This document shows, in pieces, positions 30,701-41,526 of a stretch of DNA of 41,970 nt. The notes below the pieces were generated by a model, which was not told the origin of the DNA, did no database searches, and was given only the letters and a program-made list of their open reading frames with translations. Every line of letters begins with the position of its first letter. Within the stretch, counting starts at the first letter, position 1. Source of the stretch: Dimorphilus gyrociliatus (Eukaryota > Animalia > Annelida). The stretch is taken from assembly GCA_904063045.1 (NCBI GenBank), contig CAJFCJ010000101.1:1-41970 (forward strand), written 5' to 3'. Both the position numbers and the translations under genes were made by a program.

Positions 30701-32303
30701 ATGTTTGTATAAATTACAAATATTGGCAGATAAAAGAAAATTCTACCATGCTAGTAGACTAAGACTAACTAACAAACAAGCTATAACAGTTAACACAGTG
30801 ACAGTAAGGAAACACCAAACAAATGGTGTAATGCTGCCTATCAGAGGATCAATAATTTATACACTGTTAGCAATATGCTGTTTAAACTTGGTCCAAGCAA
30901 ATGTATCCATAACAAAAGCAAACATAACTGTAAGAATGCTACCATCAGTACAGTTTTGTCAAGGACAACAAGTACACCAATCATTTGATTTAGCAGATGA
31001 ACCAGTATGTACCTTTGAAACTAAACAAATGATCAAAATTGTAGCTAACATCTATGAAATTAAAGCTGACAATTTGGCAATTCAAGCTGTCAAGTGTTTA
31101 GTGAAAAGAAGAATCAATTTCTACACTCATTACTTTTTTGGTGCAAAGAAACACAGAATTGAAAAACAAACACTTGCCTTAAGTGAAAAACAATGCAGAA
31201 CAATGCTATACACACACAAAACCTTAAATGGACAAAACCTAATTGAAAAAGGCAAACTTCTTATGTATAATGAAAACAAAGGACCAAATTACAAATGGCC
31301 AAGAACCACAGTGGTGGAAGAATTTACAACAATCCTTCAAATTGGCAAGGCTTATTGGAATCCAAGTCAAGATAAAATAACCACAAATTTGGAATATTTA
31401 GAAGACTGTTCTATTAAACAAAAATTTTGTAGAACTTTGGATTCAATCATTATATTTAATCCAGAAAAAGGCCAAAGTCTTCTAGGCCATGTTTCACCAT
31501 GGAAAATAGTTTCCCATAATGTGGAATGTCTAAAACTTGGAGGATATTTTTCCTGCCCCAACTATGCAATAATGGATTTACCTTACCAAGACAGATATAT
31601 CAAAGGATATGGTGGTCCTGGTACCAGAGTATTGGTACCCCAGAAAGAATATGACTTACTTAGAACTGATCTTACAAATTCTAATTATGCTGACAATAAA
31701 ATAATAGAGGATACAAAATACAAGATCATTTCAAATAAAGAAGTTAATAGATTGGAGAAATATATTGGAAAGAAATCATCACTAAGAAAGGCCAATGTCA
31801 CAGAAATACAAGATATTTTAACATATAATGATTGGTATAGAGATGGTGACAAAACCTACCATATGCTGATAAAAAATCATGCAACACCATTAGTGAGGAC
31901 TTGGTTTGTCAAAGAAATTATTTCTCCAGACATCTGGGATATTCACAACAAATACATACTAAAAATGCTGAAAACAACAAAGCTAAAACCTGCCAGACTA
32001 GTAAGATCACAAGATTTTGAATTGGACAAAAAACCAGTTACTTTCAACCCACTCCCAAACATGAACATTTGGTATCAAAGCCCAAAAGATACACAATTTC
32101 AAATTCATACAGAAAATGGCAAATATACACTTTTACAAAGAAAACCAATAAATCACAAATGGAAGAGGAAACAATTAGAAAACATAGAGATTCCAGAATC
32201 ACACCAAATAAATATAAAAGATGCTATAAGAACAGCTGCACTACTAAACAATATTGACAAAAATTTTCAAAATTTACAAACAGTTTTTAAACAAGTTTCA
32301 TAA
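27741..32303 (+). CDS. pol: RT, RNase H, integrase, signal peptide and env ectodomain of element 2 in one frame
   Basis: RMCVDYRKLN, YMDDII, TTDAS, H..H..CEFC, MDIMGP/TDQG/VERKN, then MLPIRGSIIYTLLAICCLNLVQA and Cys-containing env. Confidence 0.95.
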   Translation: MEKEQKKNPVTPEIEELQLESIEFEHLSNQNVHNINSNTLEIDNYLHVSKNNLDKNREELKEMMKNYEDIIATNQNDIGSPDVPPMAIELLEDIKPFKQRPYRLPPNKQQECRDQLNGLLENGLIRASKSQWASPIVFVKKKEGTLRMCVDYRKLNKQSKKNCYPIPHQEDLFDKLGGGHKYFSILDLTSAFHHIPIKEEDKEKTAFITPFGLFEFNRMPFGLANAPSHFSYIMANFVINGLENFCINYMDDIIVFTKTLEEHFVALQKLMERIKEKDFRIKLSKCAFLQESVQFLGHRITQNGIETDPEKIQKIKDAKLPMFANTLLSFVAFCGYYRRFVKDFAKITKPLRELLKVHQKTEKLKWTKKAEEAYETLRNAMTEPPILQLPDFTKSFYLTTDASNYAVGAVLEQEWEEDGKKIRKPISFASKLLINTQLRYAAYQKEAFAVYWAVQKFSHYLQYKKFFLYTDHQNLVQTFVQNKLNTSTVKRVMALMDMDFEIIYIPGRTNRADWISRIGETDEVIDFRNLLKERLNEEKQNGNTVPQLAERKDMLKCFYIDTEDLEELDDCLDDNLDNDYDEDITEIQAQIMKLKITPVEINFYREQVLDTPLMKVVDKLEGENIDNGSLNEYGNFIESMFVKEDLEWYLNGCQPLLVIPLSTLTNLLGQIHQHQLFEHYGVDITIHTLEQAFWHPKLKKTIKDHIKSCEFCEQLRAPGNKHLLVETPHPTLPMQRIAMDIMGPLTGHDSYKYILVIIDHMSRFTNIFPLKTQTAEEISKHLFFNYFPIFGIPEEILTDQGRNFLGEIFTEMVTSMGIRKIKTTAFHSQSNGMVERKNLEICRALHKHVVMEQLTDWTRQLPLIQTCLNQIPVGSTGKTPHEILFGLKNRNVLDLLMEVPRLEPTTKFLFDRKHELEEIRATALCKSVLKKKEYRDRVNKAITRKPPTYKIGDWVHKRNENIGQGMNRINTSKWSGPYLVTATDTTKCLYKLQILADKRKFYHASRLRLTNKQAITVNTVTVRKHQTNGVMLPIRGSIIYTLLAICCLNLVQANVSITKANITVRMLPSVQFCQGQQVHQSFDLADEPVCTFETKQMIKIVANIYEIKADNLAIQAVKCLVKRRINFYTHYFFGAKKHRIEKQTLALSEKQCRTMLYTHKTLNGQNLIEKGKLLMYNENKGPNYKWPRTTVVEEFTTILQIGKAYWNPSQDKITTNLEYLEDCSIKQKFCRTLDSIIIFNPEKGQSLLGHVSPWKIVSHNVECLKLGGYFSCPNYAIMDLPYQDRYIKGYGGPGTRVLVPQKEYDLLRTDLTNSNYADNKIIEDTKYKIISNKEVNRLEKYIGKKSSLRKANVTEIQDILTYNDWYRDGDKTYHMLIKNHATPLVRTWFVKEIISPDIWDIHNKYILKMLKTTKLKPARLVRSQDFELDKKPVTFNPLPNMNIWYQSPKDTQFQIHTENGKYTLLQRKPINHKWKRKQLENIEIPESHQINIKDAIRTAALLNNIDKNFQNLQTVFKQVS

Positions 32304-32873
32304 CTTTTATGCAAAGAATTTATCATGAGAAACAAGATGATAGCCCTACTTACACCACTATCACCTCAACTACCAACAATACTTGGATATGGTACATGTG
32401 ACCAAACTCAGCATCTCTTCAAGATCAAGAAAAATCCTTTGGATGCAGAACAAAATCAATATGCCATACATTCTGGCAAGAAGACATTTATCTATTATAC
32501 AAGGAAAGGATGCAGGTTCCAAACAGCAGCAGCACAATCAATCAGAATGAAAATCAACAGTCAAATTGAAGAACCAAAACTAGAAGTTGTCAGACTCACA
32601 GAATTATTACAACTAGGTATAAAAGAAGATGTGGGCAAGAAACATTATCAGATACAACAAGTTTTGGAATACATACAGGATACTTTGACTAAGCATAGAG
32701 AGCATATTAACTTTGCAAATGATTTAGGAATTGATGCAGCCTTGTCACCAACACAACATCTATTTTCTTCATGGATAAGAAAACCTTTCAAAATACTAAT
32801 AGACACACTTCTGCCAATTATACTCTTGATTGGAATTGGATTCTTCATCTACTTTATTGGAAGAAAAAACTGA
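32304..32873 (+). CDS. env: Env C-terminus with TM helix, same frame as the upstream ORF after an in-frame TAA
   Basis: LLCKEFIMRNKMIALL aligns with element 1 LLCNQFVQRSRMMALL. TM helix LLPIILLIGIGFFIYFIG followed by RKN. Confidence 0.85.
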   Translation, partial: LLCKEFIMRNKMIALLTPLSPQLPTILGYGTCDQTQHLFKIKKNPLDAEQNQYAIHSGKKTFIYYTRKGCRFQTAAAQSIRMKINSQIEEPKLEVVRLTELLQLGIKEDVGKKHYQIQQVLEYIQDTLTKHREHINFANDLGIDAALSPTQHLFSSWIRKPFKILIDTLLPIILLIGIGFFIYFIGRKN

Positions 32874-33045
32874 AAAGAGTTCAATTTACCAGACTGTCTA
32901 AACTACTGACAAAAACAAAAAGATTACCTTCAGCTCCAACAGCCTGAATCAGAAGAAATAGAACTGCAAAATTATCCTATGTTCAGAAAAAGTGGTGATA
33001 ACATAATTGTCACAAGTCCTAGACCTTTCGTGGAAGCAAGGTCTT

Positions 33046-33057
33046 AAAGGAGTGGGA
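33046..33057 (+). other. Polypurine tract of element 2
   Basis: AAAGGAGTGGGA, 4 nt before the 3' LTR. Confidence 0.85.
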
Positions 33058-33061
33058 TGTT

Positions 33062-33992
33062 TGTACACATACATTCGTCAGCTATATTCTACAATAGAGA
33101 AGTAGTATTGAAACCAGCATTTACTATGCAGATAGCACTGATAAATAAGCAGTAGTGACCTAGTTTCGCATAGGCAGTGCATACACATTATGCAGTAATA
33201 AAAACCTATTGAATTATATAAAGAATATTTGCTATTTGCAACCTAGCAATAATATTACAATTTATTAATCCATAAATTTATGATTTCGAACTAAAACTAG
33301 TTCAATTAATTATCAATTATGCTTAAATTCTAAGTTTAGATTATATTCACTATTCAACAGTATTGTATACACAATACTTTCTTTTTAACATGCATTAATC
33401 AGATATACTCCTCCTTATATGCTGATGCTAAATTTACTAACTCAATCAATTGAATATCATTATTAAGGTAGAATATAAAAACGGTCAAATATACAATCTA
33501 CATGTTTTCTTGATTGTTGGACTTGTGCTACTAAAATTGTTACATCTTATGCAACTCTCCAACCTTCGAAATTCAACTATTATTTAGAAGAGGAAAACAA
33601 TAAAAACATGACCATATTTACAACTTTTCTTTGTCTTCAAATGTTACTTTTGTTTTTGTGAACATTGAAATTTGTGAACTATCAACCCTTAAAAGAGTAT
33701 ATAAACCCTATGAAATTAACAGTTGATAGTTCAGTTTTCTAAATATCAGCTAGTTGTGTAAACTAGCTTGTTTAGAACTAGAAGCTCATTTTACTCAATA
33801 CATATTCTTTGGACGAAATACTGGTGTTTTGTTAATCAATTTCTACCGAAATTGCCTTTGTTAGACTATTTGTGGATGAACTTTAAAGGTTCTATTTGAA
33901 CCAGTACTTTGGCAAGTTGGTAAATGATTGGAAAGGACGATTACAGTTGTGATGAACCAGAAATTCCTACAATTACAATACAACAAAGTACA
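33062..33992 (+). repeat. 3' LTR of element 2 (931 bp)
   Basis: TGTAC..GTACA termini, GAGTATATAAACCC TATA-like motif, followed by the TSD. Confidence 0.97.
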
Positions 33993-35440
33993 CGAATGTC
34001 AGCAAGAAAAGTTATATATTTGATTCTTGGAAAAAAACAGATGGAATTAAATTTAAATGTTAAATTCATTTAAAAATTCACATAGAATATTTTTTCACTT
34101 TCATTTTTCTCTGGCTCTGAGTGAAAAATTTCATCAGTAGGCAGTCTATTCTAGTCAGTTTGAATAGAGTGTATATAGATGACATTAAACGTTGTTTAAT
34201 TGTTAAAATGGAAAAAGTGAGCCAAGAATATTTTTATCATTTTTGTTTTTCTTTGTCTAATCACAGTAATTCAAAAGTTATCTGTTTGAATAGACAGTGG
34301 AAAAGCTATCTATGAGAAAAACTCATGTAGTCATAGAATATATGACAATTCAAACAGCTATTCTCCAACTGAACTGCATTTACATATGTTTTTCTCAGAA
34401 CAACTTTTCAGACTGTCTTTTCAAACAATTAACTCCTCAATTCTTTTGATTATATTTTAATATATTTTCTTTAAGAAGTACACAGCATTTAGTTATCTAT
34501 ATGAACAGGAAATGCTCACAACAATAAGTTTAAGCAATATTTTTTAATTAGCTCCATAGCAATTCAAATATATACTACACTGAAACAAATCATAATATTG
34601 AGATTACAAATTGCAACATTTGAAAATTTTAACTTTTAAATTACTTTGAACAAAGAAATGCAAAATGTAAAAAGATTCTGTGCTGAATTTTTTGTTTTCA
34701 GCAATTGTACAACTTATAATTGTCAGAAAATTCATTTTTAACAATTAAAAATTAACTTTTGACAAAGTATAAAATAGTTTAATTCTGATATTTGAGTGTT
34801 TGATTGATCACTTCTCAGTCAAGTATGGGGAATAAAGTCTAAAGGCTTATTTTGGTTAATAAAAAACAACAGTTGATGGAGAGAAAAGTAGTCAAATGAA
34901 CTAAGAAATATCAAAAATTAAAAAATTTTAACACAATGAATCCCTAAAAATCATAAATTTACAATAGAATAATATTATCATTTTATCTTTTCCTTGTCCA
35001 ACTGATGGACTTGTTTTTGTCAGTTAACTGTAATACCCAGTGCATTAGCTTAATTGGAAAAAAAACGCATACAATTATCAGTTACTGAGAGTAATTAAAC
35101 AAGCTCTCAAATATCAATATTGTTCATTTAAAGTTCTTTGTTTAATCACAGGAATTCAAAAGTTAACTCTTCCAAAAGATAATCAAAGAGCTATGTCAGA
35201 GAAAAATGATGGTAAAATCCAGTTCAGTCAAAGAATAACAGATAAATTAACAGCTGTTAAATTTTCTGAAAAATAGCTTTTCCTATGTCTATTCAAAGAG
35301 TCAACTTTTAAATTACTGTGATTAGACAAAGAACAACAAAAATGATAAAAATACCTTGGCTGAGGTTTTCCATTTCAGCAATTGAAGAAGGTTTTTTTTA
35401 TCCATATATATTCCAGCAGTGTATTTGAATATCCAAACTA
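33993..35440. repeat. Continuation of the ~300-bp repeat array after element 2 (patchy)
   Basis: Joining the flanks gives catttattcgaat|gtcagcaagaaaagt, matching the array unit catttatttgaatgtcagagaagaaagt at 23911. Further copies at about 34200-34330 and 35140-35420. Confidence 0.75.
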
Positions 35441-35542
35441 ATTTAAAATTGTAACATTTATTTATTATAAAGAGCTTTATCTATACGTTATATTAAAATA
35501 GTCATATCCATTTAAAGTTAACACATTCCTTTTGGATAGAAG

Positions 35543-36893
35543 ATGAAAATAAAAGAACGAATCAGCACAGTGCTCAAGCTACTGAAATGCAGTCCAAATT
35601 TTAATGAAAATATAGCACAGGCATACCAAGATTGCAAGAATCTGAAGGATAACTGTAAAATGTTGCTTGGTTTGTGGGAAGTGCTAATAATGAACTGAGA
35701 ATAGAAATATTTGAAAGATTGAAAAAGATAGATTTTAGTTCAAACATAGAAAATGATCTTACATTTCAGATTGTTAAATTGAAAATGAAGGAAAAAGTAG
35801 ATAAAAATAGGATTTTGCAGCTTTTAGAAGAAACAAACATAGTATTTAGAAAGAAAATAGAAAAATACTGGTAAAATATAAAATTCTACAAAAAAGAGTT
35901 AAATATATGCAATTAAACCTCATATTTTAAATGACAAAGATTTTTACAAAGAAATGTCCTATAAGCTGATAAAAAATTGTATATTGGAAAGTAAAGAACC
36001 TTTAAAATGATATAAGATAGTTTAGAAATCATAAAAATAATTGTGATACTTGGATTTTAAAATATCTTTAAGAGATATAGATGTCAGAAATCATGAAAAA
36101 CTGAGAATAATTGTGATATTTTGTCTAATCTCTGATATAAGTCATAATGTTTCCAATATAAATTACCCATCTCTGGTATAAATTACAATATTTTGAATGT
36201 CAAACAGACTGGAAATATTTTAAGTCTGATTAATGGTGGAGATTTTCACAGATTGGAGAGATACTATGAAAAATGAAATAAAATAATGCACAATGTGATC
36301 TGCATTATAGCAATCTGCACAAAATATACTCTCTAATTCTAAGATTAGCAGATATAGCAGGACCTTCACCACAAATAGTTAATATTTGCAACAAAGATTG
36401 GCAAAAAAATCTTTTTGACCAACAGTTAGTGTTTAGATCAGCAAAAGAGCCATTTCGTGATTTCAAAAATCTACGATCTTTCTAAAAATAAAACTATAAA
36501 AACAGTATCAATATTGATTTTCTTATAAAAGAACTCAATTTAGTTCTCCTTAAATCAAGAAATACAATTCTAAGAAAAGTGACAGATAAAAAAGAAACAA
36601 AGAGATGGTGGCTGGATCATTATAAACTCAACACTGAATTAAAAAATATTCTCAATTTCACAATCAGTTACAATTTTCCAGATTCTTTTCTGATATGCCA
36701 AGATGAAGACCTGATAAGTTTTCCATTCAAACATACACATTCTCCGGAAAGCAAATATATAATGAGATTGCCATGCACAGAATTCATTATGGACAAAAAA
36801 AGCACTGATATTACAGAAAATATCAAATTTAATATTATAACAGGTGAAAATGTCAATAAAATGGAACAGAAGATACAAAACTTCTTAGATTGA
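35543..36893 (+). pseudogene. Decayed coding-like region of unknown product
   Basis: Successive protein-like fragments in shifting frames (MKIKERISTVLKLLKC.., LRIEIFERLKK.., DKKETKRWWLDHYK..) with stops. No family recognised. Confidence 0.3.
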
Positions 36894-37305
36894 TATTTTT
36901 ACAAAACTGGTAGAGGAGGAAGAAGAATTCATGGGACTCTATCCTAAAAAGAGTAACAATTTTATGAAGAAATAGTTCTTTGAATTCAAATTATTGTTTT
37001 CATATAATAATTTTCAACTACAATTAAGAAATTCAGAAAGCTTTAATGATTAACTATTCAACATTAAAGTTTGAAATGCTTTTCATTGTTCCTGTTTTTT
37101 TTATCTCTGTGTTTTGATTGTTAAATTTCGGATCTTTAGCATTCATTGGTGCTGGTTTTTCTTGAAATATCAACTCTAGCACCATTTCCATTTGTTTTTC
37201 TTATTTTGTTTTCTGACTTTGTTATTTATTATTAGACTAAATAAATTACTAGAATCACTATCAAATATATCATTTTTCACTATTTCTGAACTACTTCTCT
37301 CAAAA

Positions 37306-37956
37306 TCATTGAGCTCTTTGATTCCAGTGTCTTTTTAATATTATAAATTGTACTTTGTTGTATGTATTGTATATACATACTGGTTCATCTGCTAAATCAA
37401 ATGATTGGTGTACTTGTTGTCCTTGACAAAACTGTACTGATGGTAGCATTCTTACAGTTATGTTTGCTTTTGTTATGGATACATTTGCTTGGACCAAGTT
37501 TAAACAGCATATTGCTAACAGTGTATAAATTATTGATCCTCTGATAGGCAGCATTACACCATTTGTTTGGTGTTTCCTTACTGTCACTGTGTTAACTGTT
37601 ATAGCTTGTTTGTTAGTTAGTCTTAGTCTACTAGCATGGTAGAATTTTCTTTTATCTGCCAATATTTGTAATTTATACAAACATTTTGTAGTATCTGTAG
37701 CAGTTACAAGATATGGTCCACTCCATTTGCTTGTATTTATTCTGTTCATTCCTTGACCAATGTTTTCATTTCTTTTGTGTACCCAATCACCAATTTTGTA
37801 AGTTGGAGGTTTTCTTGTAATAGCTTTATTAACTCTATCTCTATATTCCTTCTTTTTTAGAACAGATTTGCAAAGTGCTGTTGCTCTAATTTCTTCAAGT
37901 TCATGTTTTCTATCAAATAAGAATTTTGTTGTTGGTTCTAATCTTGGAACTTCCAT
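37306..37956 (-). CDS. Integrase C-terminal domain plus env signal peptide fragment (216 aa)
   Basis: Identical to the element 2 protein from MEVPRLEP to DEPVC, then reads through the deletion junction. Confidence 0.7.
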   Translation of the reverse strand: MEVPRLEPTTKFLFDRKHELEEIRATALCKSVLKKKEYRDRVNKAITRKPPTYKIGDWVHKRNENIGQGMNRINTSKWSGPYLVTATDTTKCLYKLQILADKRKFYHASRLRLTNKQAITVNTVTVRKHQTNGVMLPIRGSIIYTLLAICCLNLVQANVSITKANITVRMLPSVQFCQGQQVHQSFDLADEPVCIYNTYNKVQFIILKRHWNQRAQ

Positions 37957-38074
37957 TAACTTTTAATTCTCAACATTAATTCATTAATTTTTGAAAGCTA
38001 CACATCTACTTCCTTGGCTCTGGCTTTGTCATTCTCATAAACCAAAATAACATTCATTGAAGTAGCATTGTTGG

Positions 38075-38089
38075 CTGTCAACTGCTCCA
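38075..38089 (-). other. Degenerate tRNA-Ser-type PBS of element 3
   Basis: TGGAGCAGTTGACAG, 4 nt after the LTR end. Two mismatches to the element 1 PBS over 15 nt. Confidence 0.75.
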
Positions 38090-38093
38090 TATT

Positions 38094-39028
38094 TGTACTT
38101 TGTTGTATTGTAATTGTAGGAATTTTTGGTTCGTCACAACTGTAATCGTCCTTTCCAATCATTTACCAACTTGCCAAAGTACTGGTTCAAATAGAACCTT
38201 TAAAGTTCGTCCACAAATAGTCTAACAAAGGCAATTTCGGTAGAAATTGATTAACAAAACACCAGTATTTCGTCCAAAGAATATGTATTGAGTAAAATGA
38301 GCTTCTAGTTCTAAACAAGCTAGTTTAAACAACTAGCTGACAGTTAGAAAACTGAACTATCAACTGTTAATTTCATAGGGTTTATATACTCTTTTAAGGG
38401 TTGATAGTTCACAAATTTCAATGTTCACAAAAACAAAAGTAACATTTGAAGACAAAGAAAAGTTCTAAATATGGTCATGTTTTTATTGTTTTCCTCTTCT
38501 AAATAATAGTTGAATTTCGAAGGTTGGAGAGTTGCATAAGATGTAACAATTTTAGTAGCACAAGTCCAACAATCAAGAAAACATGTAGATTGTATATTTG
38601 ACCATTTTTATATTCTACCTTAATAATGATATTCAATTGATTGAGTTAGTAAATTTAGCATCAGCATATAAGGAGGAAGTATATCTGATTAATGCATGTT
38701 AAAAAGAACAGTATTGTGTATACAATACTGTTGAATAGTGAATATAATCTAAACTTAGAATTTAAGCATAATTGATAATTAATTGAACTAGTTTTAGTTC
38801 AAAATCATAAATTTATGGATTAATAAATTGTAATATTAATGCTAGGTTGCAAATAGCAAATATTCTTTATATAATTCAATAGGTTTTATTGCTGCATAAT
38901 GTGTATGCACTGCCCTATGTGAAACTAGGTCACTACTGCTTATCTTTATCAGTGCTATATGCATAATACAATACTGGTTCAATACTACTTCTCTATTGTA
39001 GAATATAGCTGACGAATGTATGTGTACA
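38094..39028 (-). repeat. 5' LTR of element 3 (935 bp)
   Basis: Full-length TGTAC..GTACA copy, roughly 97-98% similar by eye to the element 2 LTRs. Confidence 0.96.
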
Positions 39029-39547
39029 TTTACAAAATTCTAAATCTAAATTTTTAAGAAAAAATATTTCAAAATGTGCACTTAGATATAAGGGTACATT
39101 AGAAAGACTTCTATTTTATAGGAATTAGACTGGTGCAACTATAGAAATACTTATATTTCGTAGGAATTATAGTGGTGGAACTTTAGAAAGACTTTTATTT
39201 TGTAGAGTTAGCTTTTAGTACTTTAGAAAGAACTCTATTTCGTAAGAAATAGACTCTTTGACTGTAACAGATGGTGGCTACTTGGGGAATTAACAAAGGA
39301 ACAAAGAACATGGAAAAGATGCAGGTCAAACACCAGATGCTGATGAGACAGGCCTGTTTGCTGTGGCACATGTTTGGCATGTGGCCCTAATCTTAAGATT
39401 ATATTTTATATGTGTGATATAACAGTCTTTCATATTTTTGTTACATGAGAATTGTGAGACTGTTAGATTTCAACTTTGTAATCCTTTGACCACTTGAACC
39501 CAAGCTTTGGAAAATGTATAAAAGGAAATGCATTTCCTCAGCTTGTC

Positions 39548-39794
39548 AGTTCAGTTCTTTAACAGTTAACTGGTTGTTTAAACTTACTTGTTTAGAACTA
39601 GAAACTCATTTACTCAATACATATTCTTTGGACAAAATACTGGTATTTTGTTGAATTATTTCTACCGAAATTACATTTGTTAAGACTATTTGTGGACAAA
39701 CTTGAAAGGTTCTAATTGGACCAGTACTTTGGTAAATTGATAAATGATTGGAAAGGATGAATACTGTTCTGAAGAAGCAGAAATTCCTACAATT
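39548..39794 (+). repeat. Older diverged LTR fragment (R/U5 region) related to the element 2 family
   Basis: Colinear with 33728-33974 with many substitutions (tttagaactagaa(a/g)ctcatt, actcaatacatattctttggac, ccagtactttgg, agaaattcctacaatt). TATA-like gtataaaagg at 39516. Confidence 0.85.
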
Positions 39795-40598
39795 GAAAAA
39801 TTTCAATTGGAAGGCAATGTTGCATTTTTTGTATATTCTTCATCAAAAATCCAGAAATTATTGAAAGGAAAAATCAAGCCATACATCAAATCTTTGTATT
39901 TCATTCTTTTCAGGGAAATACATTAGTAAATGAGAAAAAAATTGGTTCAAGTTCATATTTTGTCTTCAGTTAACTAAAAAAAGAGATAGAATTTTCAACA
40001 ACAAGGGTTGATAAAAGAAAAGTTTGCAAATTGCTCAATATTTCTGTTTTGAGGAATTAGTTCACTTTATCTTTGATAAATAGCAAAGAACTATTTTGAC
40101 TATCAATTCTTTTGCAAGTTGATTAAAATCTATTTTTAAGAAAAGTGTAGGCCTCGAAACATTTAATTTCAAATGAAGTGTAAATGAACACTCTCAACAG
40201 TCTGCTTTTCACACTATAGTCATTCTGTTTGAGTAAGCTGCATTTGTTCATTTCTATTGTAGGAGTCCCTTGTGTTATGACAATGTTTTATTAATTGAAA
40301 TTGAAATTGCTTGAAATAAACTATAATTGTATTATAATTTGTAAAGAAGGAAATCACATTGATTACTTCTCAAATTGTCTAATTAGCTCTTTTTTGTCAA
40401 ATTTCAATTTCCCCAAGATCTGTTTCTAATTGAGTACTTGTTTCATTTGAAAAATTTGAAATTTCTATATTTTTATATTTTTAAAAATAATATTTCAGAT
40501 TATTTTACTTAGTTTATTGTTTGCTGAGAATATGATTTTCTTCAACAGTAGAATAATATTTTTTTTATCTTCTTAAATATTCTCCATACTTCTTTCAG

Positions 40599-41526
40599 TC
40601 AATGTTTTCATAAAAGATTGGTGATGGGTATCACTAAATATGATAAAAGTTATGCTCAAGGTCATGTTAAATTAATGGTTGGAAAGTTTAGAGTTTATGA
40701 TGTTTCATTCACATTACTCAATTTGAATATGACAAATCATTTATGCAAATTTTTTGGTTATGACTCATTTATATCTTTCATATCAGAAAGTGATAACATT
40801 AGAGATACAAAATGCTTAGTTTTTGAAGAATCAATGTGTAAATTGTAAGAAAAAAAGTCAATAAATTTTTCAATTATTCCCAATCTTTCTCCTTTCAGTT
40901 TTTTTCCTTTGAATATAAACAGAAAGTGGAAAAACAATTGTGGCAGAAAATTATTATTAAAATGTTTTTTTTTTTAAATTTTGAAAAAAAAGAAATTCTA
41001 TTTTCACAGATTTTCTCACTATGAGAGAAAATGAACACTTAAATCTTTTATTTTTCAAATATCAACAAAACATTTATGAAGCTGGAAATGTTGGTGAAAA
41101 AAGGAAGGAGTATTGTCAAAAAAGTGCATTAAATATAGCATCAAAATGAATGGAAGCTTTTGATTATCCTAGGGAAAAAATTAATAAATCTTTTACAATT
41201 ATTCTAAACAAAAATGGAAAGTTAAAAATTCAAAAAATTAAACTAAAACAAACACAATGCACCTATAGAGAATTAGATGGTAAAATATTAATTTATTCTA
41301 CCAGTTTATTTTTAATACTTTTTCATTTCCAGATTTACATATTTGGAAAAGAGAAACTTTTATCAAAAATCTTCAATATATTGAAACTAGTTTTAGAGGA
41401 AAAACTCTAGATGTGTATGATATGTGCATTGCTTCAATTGACCATCAATCGGCTTGTCAGTCAGCTTGTCTATTAGGTTCAAACACTTTGGAAGTTAAAA
41501 AATGCGATTCTAAACCTACACACCAG
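40599..41526 (+). pseudogene. Spliced gene fragment with a divergent SRCR-like exon and a Cys-containing exon; one in-frame stop
   Basis: Candidate exons 40599-40837, 41010-41279 and 41333-41526 with AG/GT boundaries and matching phase-1 joins (53-bp intron). RLVMG..QGHVKLMVG..TNHLCKFFGY resembles SRCR RLVGG..EGRVEV..ANVVCRQLGY. TGA at 41147-41149. Confidence 0.4.

Larger units (their letters stand above)
25459..33992 (+). mobile_element. Element 2: Ty3/Gypsy LTR retrotransposon with env, 5' internally deleted
   Basis: TSD CGAAT at 25454-25458 and 33993-33997. LTRs start TGTACAC and the 3' LTR ends GTACA. PR-RT-RH-IN-env motifs present. Confidence 0.97.
37349..39028 (-). mobile_element. Element 3: heavily deleted member of the element 2 family (LTR, PBS-like site, short leader, IN C-terminus/env start, 23-bp LTR tail)
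   Basis: 38094-39028 is the reverse complement of the element 2 LTR. 37374-37960 equals 30425-31011. 37349-37371 resembles the LTR 3' end. No TSD (taaat vs tttac). Confidence 0.92.

Noticed and set aside
32874-33046. PSAP late-domain motif in a shifted frame after element 2 env
   Set aside because: It needs an assumed frameshift, the true tail frame is ambiguous, and element 1 has no equivalent.
37344-39033. Target-site duplication for element 3
   Set aside because: The flanks are taaat and tttac, with no 4-6 bp match.
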